A stretch of 64,000 nucleotides of DNA from Octopus vulgaris. Lineage: Eukaryota. A program made the position numbers and the translations under genes. Each line of letters starts with the position of its first letter. Position 1 is the stretch's first letter. The stretch is from positions 192,200,001 through 192,264,000 of the forward strand of contig OX597814.1 of the NCBI GenBank assembly GCA_951406725.2. The letters run 5' to 3'. Below, piece by piece: positions 25,400-37,794 of the stretch. The notes beneath the pieces were generated by a model that saw only the letters and a list, made by a program, of their open reading frames with translations, was not told where the DNA came from and ran no database searches.

Positions 25400-26426
25400 T
25401 CCAACTTTTACCTCCACCTCTACGTGTATGTGTGTGTGTGTGTATTTATCTACCTACTTAGTGAGCGGTGTTATTTCAAGTAGTTATGTATTTTCCGTCC
25501 ACGTACCGTTGTAATACCGTAATCATGTTTTCATCCTCCTCTTTAACTTCACAAAACTACTGCCAGCAGTTTCATATTTTGTTTTATGAAAGTATCTCGT
25601 GTTAGAGAGAGAGAAAGCGAGTCAGTCAGTCAGTCAGTCGGTGAAAAAAGAGAGAGAAGCTATTCAAATTATCCAAGCAAGCAATGTTATTTAGTCTTGC
25701 TTTTCTAGTATTGCTTTCGTTTTCGATGAAGGAAACTCACTAAGTTAATTAGACAATAAAGGTGTTCTTTCATTTCTCTTTCTCTCTCATTTTTTTTTTT
25801 TTTCTCACTAGCAGTCGATGAACTTATTTTCTCTCTCTCATCATCAGAGCTATATGCATCGCATCTTTTTCATCGTCTGTGCATTACACCACATCTCGCT
25901 AGCTTTCAGTCTTTTTGTACCTCTCTTAGCTAGTATGCACCTTTTTCAAATAAATGTGCGCACAAACACATACACATACACACACCGCAATCTCTCTCTC
26001 CCGTATACACACGGATTTACCTCTCAAGACTGCTTGTTACTATTAAATAATAAGAGACCTGCTTACTATTAAATAAATAACACACAATAACAGGAAGCTT
26101 GACTTCCAACAGTAATAACTGAAAGTTGGCTTATTACCACCGACTATCATAGATCGATACGTGTACCCACCTTTCCCATACACACACACAGACACACATA
26201 CACACAAGCACACACTTTCTTCTACCTTAGTCGTCGTAGTAGTTTCTTTTACAATATCGTTGATACACGCGTACACGCTGCTGCTGTGTAATATAAATCG
26301 TAACTGGACACATGAGCTCAGCTGAGTTACTATCAACACCACCACTTGTCTACTACTACTGCTGTCTGCCGTCCGTTTGTTTTACCCGAAAAACTTGAGA
26401 TCTTCAACATAAACACTGCTGGATGA
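25400..26426 (+). promoter_or_regulatory. Candidate promoter / first exon of the WIPF gene, ending in ATG-A|GTGAGT
   Basis: Transposon-free, relatively CpG-rich stretch with GA and CAGT simple repeats. It ends at ggATGA|gtgagt (ATG 26423-26425, consensus donor 26427-26432), whose phase 1 matches exon 33663. Confidence 0.45.
26423..26426 (+). CDS. WIPF: Candidate first coding micro-exon (ATG A) of the WIP/verprolin gene
   Basis: Splicing ATG A to 33663 gives the open frame MSKKSNDSSPRGGGGFPP... The donor is GTGAGT. Confidence 0.45.
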
Positions 26427-27319
26427 GTGAGTGATAAATTACTTCTATTTCATTCATTCATTGTTGATATTTCACCCAACCCCCTGTTCGAACAGGTCTA
26501 GCTAGGATCACAAGCTTTTCAAGCCTGTCGCTTTGAGACTAAGCGTATCTAGCAGTATCATTTATCCGATGTCCTGCTGTATTTATTTATTTATTTATTT
26601 ATTTATTCGGATGGCTGGGTGTGGTTTGAATGATATTGGTTGTCATTTCTAGCATATCTAAAGGTCATGTAAATACCCCTTGCTGCTTAATTTTCTGTTC
26701 ATATTTTTATCATTCTTAATCTCCGTATTTTTGTCTTTGCAGCTCACGCTTTTTTTGCGATATAATCTTTTACTTTATAACTACATAACTCTAGATGTTC
26801 CTCTATGCATGCCTGCATACGTAAATGTATGCATGCATGCATGTAGTATGCATTTGAGCATGGTTTCATACATGTATATTGTATTTATATATGCATCTAT
26901 GTATGCATGTTTGCATACATAGAGCATACATAGATGTATATATTACTTACACGTATGCATGTTTGCATACGTGTATGTAATATGTGTAAACGTATCCGTA
27001 AAAGTGCGTACATGAATGTAGTCGATATGTGTACATGCATTTATGTGTATATGCATACATAGATGTCTTTTTTTTTTAGCCGCAGGTCACCACCGACCAA
27101 GTAAACTCATGGCCAAAGATACTCGATTATCCTTGACCGACCCGTCTTTTATTCAGACACACAATTACTTTTTACAACATTAGCCAACGTGCCTATATAT
27201 ATATATACATACATACACACATTAAAAAAACACTAGGCTGTGATTTTAGAAGATTTAGCTGCTATTTCTATTGTCAAACTGTCTTGTAAAGGCTTCTTTA
27301 TTGGTTTCATGTATACTGG

Positions 27320-27369
<50 letters not shown>

Positions 27370-27827
27370 CTGGGGAACTGTAGATCCCTTTTAACTATAC
27401 ATATCGGGTTGTGTTGCTTACTGTATCTATAGTTATGTGTGTGCATATTATGTGCCGTTATGTATTTGTCTACCAATATTCTACTCGTGCCTCTGTCGTC
27501 TTATCTTCAATACCGCCTCTCTCTTATTCTTTCAAATGTAAACTATTTCATTTATTTATAGTTCGGCTATTATTACCGTTCCCTATTCATTTTCATTTTT
27601 TTTTTCTTTCTTTCTTTCTTTCTAGCAGAAAAAGCCATATATTATATTACTATATAATTTAGGCGCGAGCGAGCGAACCTCTTAGATTTGGCATAGATAA
27701 TTTTGTCTTTGTGCCCTAACAGTAGAAAAGTGTTGATGACTACATTCCAGTAGTCGTTCATACAATTCCTTAACTCAGCCCTAACAATCCTCCACATCCA
27801 AGTAACTCCTCTATTGTGGTTGGTATA

Positions 27828-27955
27828 ACTGTGTGTATGTATGTGTGTATATATGTATGTATGTATGTGTATATATATGTATGTATGTGTATATATATGT
27901 ATGTATGTATGTGTATATATATGTATGTATGTATGTGTATATATATGTATGTATG

Positions 27956-27998
<43 letters not shown>

Positions 27999-28207
27999 GT
28001 GTGTATGTATGTATGTGTATATGTATGTATGTATGTATGTGTGTATGTATGTATGTGTGTATGTATGTATGTGTATATGTATGTATGTGTATATATATAT
28101 GTATGTATGTATGTGTATATATATATGTATGTATGTATGTGTATATATATGTATGTAAGTATGTGTATGTGTATATATATATATATATGTATGTATGTAT
28201 GTATGTG

Positions 28208-28238
<31 letters not shown>

Positions 28239-28401
28239 GTATATATATATATATGTATGTATGTATGTGTATATATATATATATGTATGTATGTGTATAT
28301 ATATATATATATGTATGTATGTGTATATATATATATATGTATGTATGTGTATATATATATATATGTATGTATGTGTATATATATATATATGTATGTATGT
28401 G

Positions 28402-28432
<31 letters not shown>

Positions 28433-28443
28433 GTGTGTATGTG

Positions 28444-28474
<31 letters not shown>

Positions 28475-28479
28475 GTGTG

Positions 28480-28520
<41 letters not shown>
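27828..28520. repeat. Compound (TA)/(TATG)/(TG) microsatellite, about 700 bp
   Basis: Direct reading. It is the source of the spurious YI/YVCM ORFs. Confidence 0.95.
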
Positions 28521-28523
<3 letters not shown>

Positions 28524-29461
28524 AGATAGGGGTACGTTACGCCGCAATAATATATGTATAGAAATTAAATATAAATTACAAAGTGGGACAAGAACGCAAA
28601 AACACACAAAGAGACGACACAAAAAAAAACAAAAAACAGACGGGTCACTCGAAGCCTCTAATCTTCAGTCGGGAACCACCGGATCATCTTATGTATATAT
28701 GTATGTGGTAATATTTTGACAATTGTGCTAAATAAAAATTTTTCACATTGTCAAACTGCTGAACCTGTCAGCAAGTCTATCTCGAGGTGGCAACCGAATC
28801 TGTTACTAAATTTATGTAAGCATTTATTTTGCTACTACCGCGTGTCTCTTATGCCTCTCCTCTATCCTACATGTAAATATATATGTGTATGTTTATATAT
28901 GTACACACTCACACAGCAGTCCTTTAAGAATTGCAGTGTGTGTGTGTGTATGAATCGAAATTCCAATTCTTCAAGGTTCTTGTCAACAGTACAGTTGGCA
29001 ATTAAAAAAATTGATATTGTAATTTAAAGGGTGTAGTAATTATAATGGAAAGAGAAATATAGTTGTTTGTGATTGTGGGATTTGTGGTGGGAGGAAGGTA
29101 TCCAACTTCATTTTGCATTTAAACTTTTTCTTCAGAGACAAAATATCTTCAAGAAAACAACTTTGCATTTGAAATTTATAAATTTCTTCACCAGATTCTG
29201 GGACTTGTCCAAAAAAACAAGTTGGAAAGTGTGTGTGTGTTTATGGTGAGTAGGAAGACATCTTCACTATAATACATGGCATATTCGACATTTCTGGCTG
29301 AATATTCCTCAGCAAATTCTCTGATACTTACAAAGAGAATTAATTGGACAAGGTGATGCAAAATCACATGTTTTTAAGTCATCTGAATTTTACAGTTCAA
29401 CTAAATTATGCAGAGACGTGAATCTGTGTATATTATTATTATATATCCGTATTATTATATA

Positions 29462-29858
29462 GGTGTAGGAGTGGCTGTGTGGTAAGTAGGTTGCTTACGA
29501 ACAACTTAGTTCTGGGTTCAGTCCCATTGCGTGGCACCTTGGGCAAGTGTCTTCTACTATAACCTCGGGCCAACCAAAGCCTTGTGAGTGGACGGAAACT
29601 GAAAGAAGCCCATTGTATATATGTATGTATGTGTGTATATGTTTGCGTATCTGTGTTTGCCCCCCCCCCCCCAACATCGCTTGACAACCGATGCTGGTGT
29701 GTTTACGTCCTTGTAACTTAGCGGTTCGGCAAAAGAGGCCGATAGAATTAGTACTAGGCTTACAAAGAATAAGTCCTGGGGGTCGATTTGCTCCACTAAA
29801 GGCAGTGCTCCAGCATGGCCACAGTCAAATGACTGAAACAAGTGATAGAAAAAAAGAG
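29462..29858 (+). mobile_element. SINE family A
   Basis: Homologous to 10789-11170. Confidence 0.85.
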
Positions 29859-30778
29859 TTTCTATAGCCTGTGCTGTATTGTTTATTTTTTGGCTGTCAG
29901 CCTTGTACTATTATATAAATATGTTTGCACTGAACCATGCTTGTTTACTTTTTAATAAGTATCTTTCAGAAGCAAATGATGATGAAATATTAATTAACAG
30001 TCAAACTGGTTGGTTCCTCTGTCATTCTAAGCTGCCAAAAAAGATCCCTCATGGGTCTAATTTCACAGCCAGTTTAAATACATAAGGAACGTGGGAAGGG
30101 GGTTTTCAATCCACTCTCTCCCACCTCTGGGACAAAGACATTTTTGACTCCCCCACTTAAATTAACAGGTGTGAAAGGTGAGAGGAATTCTTATGACCCT
30201 TCACATCTGCAACATGTGATGGTGAGCAACTATTTCACGGTCCTCTCTTGCTGTGCATGCCTCAGAATATTTTTATTTGTACTAAATATACTTGGATGGC
30301 CACACCTAGGTTTTTTCCCCTTCATTTCTTCCATTCAAGTCATTGATCTTTTCTTACTGGTTGAATAGGGTTGACTATGTTAATCAACTGGACGTAATTA
30401 CAGATAACTGAACCTAAAAGCCTACAAGGATGTTTGAACATGAACATTGGACTTGCTAGTAATAGCAGCTAAATCTCCCTGAAATTTCAAATAGCCTGCT
30501 TGTAAAAAAAAGAGGTGGGGGTTCCTGTCACATTGAGAAATGTAACTTTAGATACACTAATTCGAATAAAACTTCGAATGGTCATAGGTGTGCTTGATCA
30601 GGGTTTCCCTCAATCTTAACAACAACAGCTATGAAATTAGGACCTAAACTGAGATTTTAGTAAAACCTAAGCTTAAAAAGAGACAATGGGTAAACATGTA
30701 ATGTGGTCGATGGATACGGTTTTTAAAAGAGGAAGGAAGACAAGTTGGATAATATAAACAGAGATAATCTCTCTCTCC

Positions 30779-30844
<66 letters not shown>

Positions 30845-30845
<1 letters not shown>

Positions 30846-31056
30846 GTTAATCCAAACAAAAAAGCACAAAAAAACACAACAACGCGAGGACATGGAACAA
30901 ATATAGTATTATTGGATGCTCAGGAAAGGAGGAGGGTTTAACGTTTTGAGCGGAGCTCTTCGTCGGAAATATAGGAGAAGGGAAGACAGAGGGAAAAAAA
31001 AAAAAATTCGCCAGCGGTACTCACGAGGTCACATATTGAAAGACCGGAAGTAGAAA
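30845..31056 (-). mobile_element. (TA)n-embedded Penelope-like short repeat; inverted paralogue of 33092-33294
   Basis: Its reverse complement aligns with 33092-33294. It carries a degenerate hammerhead core at 30936-30970 (AAAA replacing GAAA). Confidence 0.6.
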
Positions 31057-31115
<59 letters not shown>

Positions 31116-31930
31116 TGGTTACAAATCAACTTCTTAACCATGTAGCCATAGCTGTGCTTCTGTTTGGTGTTCTGTGCTCCATTCTCTGCACCTCTTTCCT
31201 TATACACTCTGTGGATGAGCAATTGTTGTTTGTATTTTAATTGCTCTCTTAGGTCTGAAGGAAGAGGCTGGGCCCATAGCTTTTGGAAAACCCTCCAAAA
31301 CCAAGACTTTCTAATTGTTCTGCTATGTGTGCAAGACCAGGGACAGATTAGACTCTACTATACATGACGGGCTTCTTTCAGTTTCCGTCTACCAAATCCA
31401 CTCACAAGGCTTTGGTCGGCCCGAGGCTATAGTAGAAGACACTTGCCCAAGGTGCCACGCAGTGGGAATGAACCCAGAACCATGTGGTTGGTAAGCAAGC
31501 TACTTACCACACAGCCACTCCTGTGCCTATTAATCATTTTTGTTTATTGAGAACTATATTATCAGATGTGTCCTTATATTTAAGGTAGTGTTAAGAGGTG
31601 ATTTGTGGAAGATTTGGCTGCTGTTTCTGGTACTGTGTTGGTACCTGAAGCTGAGTCAGATCTGCACTGTATCATGTATACACATAGCAAAACACCTAAA
31701 ATTTCCTGCTCTTGGAGAGCTTGCAAAGGCTATGGACTCAGGAGCCCTTTCCTCAGATCTAGCTAAGAAAATAAGAAGCTGGTGTACTCTTTAGCACCAT
31801 GTTGCATTGTGAGCCGGATCAATTGGGAAAAGGTGGGAAAATCCTTGAGCTAAGGCTGTTTAGTTATCTCCCTTTATTTTCTTGGTTCAAATCCTGCAGC
31901 TGTTGATTTTACAGCTCATACTTCCATATC

Positions 31931-32235
31931 GTGGAGGCACAATGGCCCAGTGGTTAGGGCAGCGGACTCGCGGTCGTAGGATCACGGTTTCGATTCCCAG
32001 ACCAGGCGCTGTGAGTGTTTATTGAGCGAAAACACTTAATGCTCCACAAGGCTCCGGCAGTGGGTGGTGGCGATCCCTGCTGTACTCTTTCGCCACAACT
32101 TTCTCTCACTCTTTCTTCTGTTGGCCTGCTCGCTTAGCCAGCGGGGTAGCATTATCTGAGGGCTAAAACATTGTGAAGCGCATTGTGACCAGCGATGTGT
32201 AGCAACATCTGATAGCCTGGTCGGTCACAGTGATC
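31931..32235 (+). mobile_element. tRNA-derived SINE family E
   Basis: tRNA-like head tggcccagtggttagg...ggtttcgattccc and TSD acttccatatc at 31920-31930 / 32236-32246. An inverted copy lies at 40293-40576. Confidence 0.85.
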
Positions 32236-32254
32236 ACTTCCATATCAGTAGATA

Positions 32255-32464
32255 CAATAATCCCTCGACTATTGCGGGTGTTATGTTCCAAAACCACCCT
32301 GCGATAGGTGAAAATCCATGAAGTAGAAATAGTACTGAACTGTATATTTTTTTTCCATTATTTTTATAATTTGTAAATATTTATTTTATTATAAATGCAA
32401 ATCAACCCCACAGAGGAATCGATGAAAATTGAATAATAAACCGCGATATGGCGAGGGATTACTT
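32255..32464. mobile_element. Tigger/pogo-type MITE
   Basis: Imperfect TIRs TA-caataatccctcg ... cgagggattactt-TA. Confidence 0.65.
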
Positions 32465-32753
32465 TACATGACATAAATGCTGTCAAGTATTTGGGTTCAG
32501 TTTGACCCCCACAAACCCCAAAATATGTGGCTCTGTATTTGTGTTAATCATTATTTCATCATCAGGAATATAAAAATATATTAAATTTCAAATATCTTTC
32601 CTTTTTTTTGCTTTTTTTTTTTGCTTTTTCATTGAAATTTACATAAAGCAGTTTTGTTATCATGATAATGATATCTCGTTATCATTAATGATATACTATT
32701 ATCATTAATGATAAATTAGAAACCGTTTTCTTTCTCTTTTTTCCTGTTCCCCT

Positions 32754-32793
<40 letters not shown>

Positions 32794-33059
32794 ACACACA
32801 CACACACACACACTTGCTTTTAGAACATTTTGAAATTCATCAGCATCATTTTCTGCATTCCTCATTCTCTTTGTGTGTATGTGTGTGTAATCTAAATTTC
32901 ATTCTGTATTCATATCTCTATTTTTCCATCACATCTGTCCTCATTCACTCTCTCTCTCCAAAAAAAAAAATGTAATTTTTACTCTGTGCATATAAAAGAG
33001 AAAATAAGAAGAGGGAAAATGTGTTGATTTCTTTGTAATATGTTTGATTTAATCTACAA

Positions 33060-33091
<32 letters not shown>

Positions 33092-33294
33092 GTATGTGAC
33101 CTCGTTGTATCACTAGCGATTTTTTTTTTCCCCTGTCTTCCCTTCTCGGGATCTTTCCTTCTCCTATGTTTCCGACGAAGAGCTCCGCTCGAAACGTCAA
33201 ACCCTCCTTCTTTCCTGAGCATCCAATAATACTTTATTTGTTCCATGTCCTTGCGTTGTTGTTTTTTTGTTTTTGTTTTCTGTTTGGATTAACA
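33092..33294 (+). mobile_element. (TA)n-embedded Penelope-like short repeat
   Basis: Second copy of the 30845-31056 repeat. Contains a hammerhead-like core. Confidence 0.6.
33168..33202 (+). ncRNA. Minimal type I hammerhead ribozyme-like fold (U4C variant)
   Basis: GTTT-CCGACGA-A-GAGC-TCC-GCTC-GAAA-CGTC-AAAC. Stem I GUUU/AAAC, stem II GAGC/GCUC, palindromic stem III ACGU, GUC cleavage triplet. Confidence 0.55.
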
Positions 33295-33662
33295 ATATAT
33301 ATATTTATTTATTTATATATATATATATGTATATTTTTTTTTTGAGCGCAACACATTTTTCTGTTGCTCTCATAGTAAATTATTTAATATGAAATCTCCA
33401 AAGGATTTGCAGGAGTAACATTTTGTTCATGGAAATTTTTTATTTACATTTATTTTTTTTTACATATCATTCTATCTTCTGTTTCATTTCTTACTCTTTA
33501 TTTCATTGCATATTAATCTTTTTTCTCCCTCATTTCTTGTTCTAAAGAAAACAGTCATGAGCAAGTATATTATTATCATAGTATATTTCAATGATTTTTT
33601 TTATTTTCAATTGTAATAATTTCCATTTTAATTATTAACGCTTTCTTTAATGTTATCCCCAG

Positions 33663-33800
33663 GTAAGAAATCAAATGACAGCTCACCACGAGGTGGCGGA
33701 GGTTTTCCTCCAAACAAAATTGGAGGCATGGCTGGCGAGTTATTCCCTGGAGGAATACCAAAATTTGCAAACAAAGGTCAAAAACAGAGAATACCAGCAG
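33663..33800 (+). CDS. WIPF: WIP/verprolin family exon (Gly-rich with the GELFPGGIPKF motif); absent from the ORF track
   Basis: Acceptor ttatccccag| and donor GCAG|gtaagg, 138 nt. Translates xKKSNDSSPRGGGGFPPNKIGGMAGELFPGGIPKFANKGQKQRIPA, matching the WIP-family GGLFxGGMPKL second actin-binding motif. Confidence 0.8.
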
Positions 33801-35357
33801 GTAAGGTTTTAATAACTTAAGGATCTAGTCATGTTAACAATATATCAGTATGTACGCTTGCATCTACAAAAATAGTCATCATCGTTGTCATCATTTAATA
33901 TCGATTTTCTATGCTGGCATCAGTTGAACAGTTTGACAGGAGTTGGCAAGGCCAGGGGCCGCATCAGGTTTCATAGTTTAGGCTTGGTTTCTACAACTGG
34001 ACGTCCTTCCTAGCACCAACCATTTTACAGAGTGGACAGAGCATTTTTTGTGGCACTAGCACCAGTGCTTTTTGCATGGCACCATCACCAGTGCTTTTCA
34101 CATGGTACCATCACCAGTTCTTTTTACATGGCACCATCACCAGTTCTTTTCCAGACCCCAGTCGAACCGTCCAACCCATGCTAGCATGGAAAACGGATGT
34201 TAAACGATGATGATGATGATGATGGGAGATGTGCTGTCTTCTGACTTCATAGAGGTGCTGCTCTTAGTAATTCATCTTCTATGCATGTGTGATAGCTCTT
34301 TATGCTGTTGAATATAATGCTTTGACATTCTTGTTTTATGTTGATGACTAGTATACAGGTAAACGGTTTATGTATCATACCTATCTTTTACTTGTTTCAG
34401 TCATTGAACTGTGGCCAAGTGAGGGCACTGCCTTGAAGGGTTCTTGTTAACCAGATTGACCATAGCACTTAAGTCTGACATTTATTGATATCCTTTGCTG
34501 AACCTCTAAGTAAACAAACCAGTACCATGTCAAATGGCAGTGGGGGACATACATACACATACACACACGTGGATTATGATGGGTTTCCACACAGTTTCCA
34601 TCTACCAGATTGATTTAGTGCCGCTGGACTGCCTCCTGTGCAGGTGGCACGTAAAAAGCACCATTTGGGCATGGCCGTTGCCAGTACCACCAAACTGGCC
34701 CTTGTGCCGGTGGCACGTAAAAGCACCCGCTACACTCTCAGAGTGATTGGCGTTAGGAAGGGCATCCAGCTTTAGAAACTCTGCCAGATCAGATTGGAGT
34801 CTGGTTCGCCAGACCTCTGTCAAATCGTCTAACCCATGCTAACATGGAAAGCGGACATTAAATGATGATGATGATGATGATGATAATCAGCCCAAGGACT
34901 GAACCTAAAACCATGTGGTTGTGGGTGAAAAGTGAGTTTCTTAAGCATACAGCCATACCTGTCAAAATACTCAGATACTATTTCTAAGACAGAAAAGTAT
35001 TTATTTCTGTCTTGTAAAGCATCATTAGTCATTTGACTTCAACCTTTGAAGTTTGAGTATATTCCAGTCCTGACAAGGAAACCTAACTTTTGTGGTGCAA
35101 TTTTGAGGTTGATGTGGATTCACCGAAAGATACTCTTTGTTTGACCCTACATCACCTATTCACTAACCTCAGACATAGCTAGAACTGCATTATCTGATAT
35201 ATCCTTCCATTTGTATGGTGGTAGATCTGATTTGAAGAAGATTTGGTTTCCATTTCTAGCAGGGCAACCAACACTGTAGAGGCTCTCTCTCCCATTAGAT
35301 CAACCATAGGAGGTTGCTGGAAATAGTAAAAGGTAGCTCGTGGTAAGATGTGATGAT

Positions 35358-35560
35358 CTCTCTTTACTCTTATCCTTGTTTCAGTCATTTGACTGTGGCC
35401 ATGCTGGAGCACTGCCTTTAGTCGAGCAAATTGACCCCAGGACTTATTCTTTGTAAGCCTAATACTTATTCTATCGGTCTCTTTTGCCGAACCGCTAAGT
35501 TACGGGGACGTAAACACACCAGCATCGGTTGTCAAGTGATGTTGGGGGGGACAAACACAG

Positions 35561-35599
<39 letters not shown>

Positions 35600-35782
35600 T
35601 ATATAAATATACATATATACGACAGGCTTCTTTCAGTTTCCGTCTACCAAATCCATTTACAAGGCTTTGGTCGGCCCGAGGCTATAGTAGAAGACACTTG
35701 CCCGAGGTGCCACACAGTGGAACTGAACCCAGAACTATGTTGTTCGTAAGCAAGCTACTTACCTCACAGCCACTCCTGCACC
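35358..35782 (-). mobile_element. SINE family A
   Basis: Reverse complement of 10789-11170. Confidence 0.85.
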
Positions 35783-36451
35783 TGAGTATTTATAAAAAGA
35801 AAAGAAAAAAAGGCAACATATGAGTTGGCAACCATTGTATCTGTGCCAGAATCAACTCATTAGCTTTCAGATTATTCTGTCAAATGTAATGCTTATTTAT
35901 GCACATAGCTTTGAATTAATCATCTTGTAGCTTTGAAAATTTGATGATGTGATTGCTTAGCTTTAGAATGGAATTGTAAGGTATGTATGAGGAATTGGAT
36001 CTGGGTAGTTTGAGTGTGTGTGTGTGTGTGTGTGTGTGTATAATAACAATAATAATGAAATTATTGTGTATAGTGCACAGGTGCACTACAACACATCAAA
36101 GGTGGATGTACGGTACATAGAATTATGTACAAAAGTCAGGAAGGTACTATGTACTGTACTGGCACCTTCAATGTATTGTAGTGCACCTGAGCACTATACA
36201 CAATATATATACACATGCACAACAGGTTTCTTTCAGTTTCTATCAAATCTTCTCCCAAGGCTTTTTGTCAACTTGGGGCTATAATAGAAAACTTAACCCC
36301 TCCCCTGAAATTGCTGGCCTTGTGCCAAAATTTGAAATTATTATTAATTTGGGGTCTGGTTCATAAATTAGCATGGAATTTTGGTGGAAGGCTTTAATTT
36401 CAATAACTTCAAAACTAGAAGTTTTTATCATAGAACTAGGGTCAGTATGAT

Positions 36452-36931
36452 ATGCATAAGATCTGGTCATCAAATCTAAGTAGAGACTTCAAACTTAAAA
36501 TCTTCAAAGCCACAGTTGAACCAATTCTACTATATGGCTCAGAAATCTGGACGTTATCAAAGAAGCTTGAAAGGCGGTTGGATGGAACTTACACTCGCCT
36601 CCTTATGAGAGCTCAAAATCTCTCGAGGAAGCGTCATCCAACCAACGTACAAATATATGGGAAACTACCACCTGTATCATCTCTTGTGAAAGGTAGAAGA
36701 GTCCAGTTTGCTGGACATTGTTGTAGAGCTGAAAACGAGATAATTTCTGCTCTTCTCCTCTGGAAGCCATCTACTCGTGATACCAGAGGGCACACACTCT
36801 CCTACCCTGATGTAATCTCCAGGGATACAGGCATCCAGCAACAGGACCTCCGTAATGCTATAATGGACCGTGAAGTCTGGTGTAGCATAGTAAATTCCAT
36901 TGTCTCGACCACGGTCAAACAATGATGATGA
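36452..36931 (+). mobile_element. RTE-like LINE 3' fragment with (GAT)n tail, ending about 120 bp before a WIPF acceptor
   Basis: KLKIFKATVEPILLYGSEIWTL...RRVQFAGHC...DREVW, followed by a stop and tgatgatga. Confidence 0.85.
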
Positions 36932-37049
36932 AAATTGTCAGTATCAGGTGAGCTGGTATCAAAAGGGCTGAAAACCTGTAACATTTTCTTCTTCAGTTTC
37001 AGAAAAATGGTTGTCGTGATTTTGAAATTTTCCTTTTTTTCTGTATCAG

Positions 37050-37772
37050 GTAATTCATCTCCAAAACCGGTGCGCTTACCAAATGGACCTACCAATCCGA
37101 CTGATTTCAGATCCCAACTCAATAAAAATGTATCAAACGGTGGCTCGGTGATCAATGATAACAAGACTTTGCCACAACGGAACGTACCTGCAACTCGTAA
37201 ATTTCAGCCTCCAACTCCTCATCCTGTAAACACTAGCAATGACATCAACAGCAACATCACCAACAATAACCACTCTGTTAATGTTAATACAACCCCCAGC
37301 CCATCGCAACACACTGCTGGTGGCATTGCAATGAACGTTGGCGGAGGACGTCGGATGCCAGGATCACATCCGCCTCCACCTCCCCCACCACCTCCAGGTC
37401 GTCCTCCCTCTCTGCCCAACAACCGAACACCAAATAAAAACCGGCCATCCAGCATGATTGGAAGGCCTTTACCTCCACCTCCAACATTATCTTCTTCCTC
37501 CTCCTCGTCCTCTTCAAGCTCTTCCTTAAACCGAGCCCAGCCTCCACCACCACCACCACCACCCACACGAGGTCCACCACTCCCTCCCGAAAGGGTAGCC
37601 AGTAGCAGTGGGACACTACCAAGGTCAAAACCTCCAGCTCAGAGGCCTCCTCCTCCACCTCCTACAAGACCACCTGCAGGCCCTTCCCGGGTAATGATCC
37701 AAAATCAAGAAGGCCCAAGTCCTCCACAGCGAACATCAAGTAATCTTAGTTCGAGCAGCAACATGAGCATGG
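37050..37772 (+). CDS. WIPF: WIP/verprolin family proline-rich exon
   Basis: Acceptor ttttttctgtatcag| and donor ATGG|gtaagt, 723 nt, phase 1-1. Contains polyproline tracts, RPLPPPP, GPPLPP and PSPPQR. Confidence 0.88.
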
Positions 37773-37794
37773 GTAAGTTTGCTTTTAACCTTAA

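Noticed and set aside
27642-28719. Long ORFs of 105-326 aa on both strands (YI/HT/YVCM repeats)
   Set aside because: Translation of a TA/TATG microsatellite, which lacks stop codons.
31931-32005. tRNA-like sequence (also at 11786, 12029 and 18750)
   Set aside because: These are SINE heads that continue into SINE body and tail with TSDs, not tRNA genes.
34060-34150. Short direct repeats of about 27 bp (catggcaccatcaccagtgcttttt) resembling a CRISPR array
   Set aside because: Tandem units without unique spacers inside a SINE in eukaryotic DNA, with no cas genes.
37219-37658. Gly/Glu-rich minus-strand ORFs
   Set aside because: Antisense shadows of the polyproline WIP exon.
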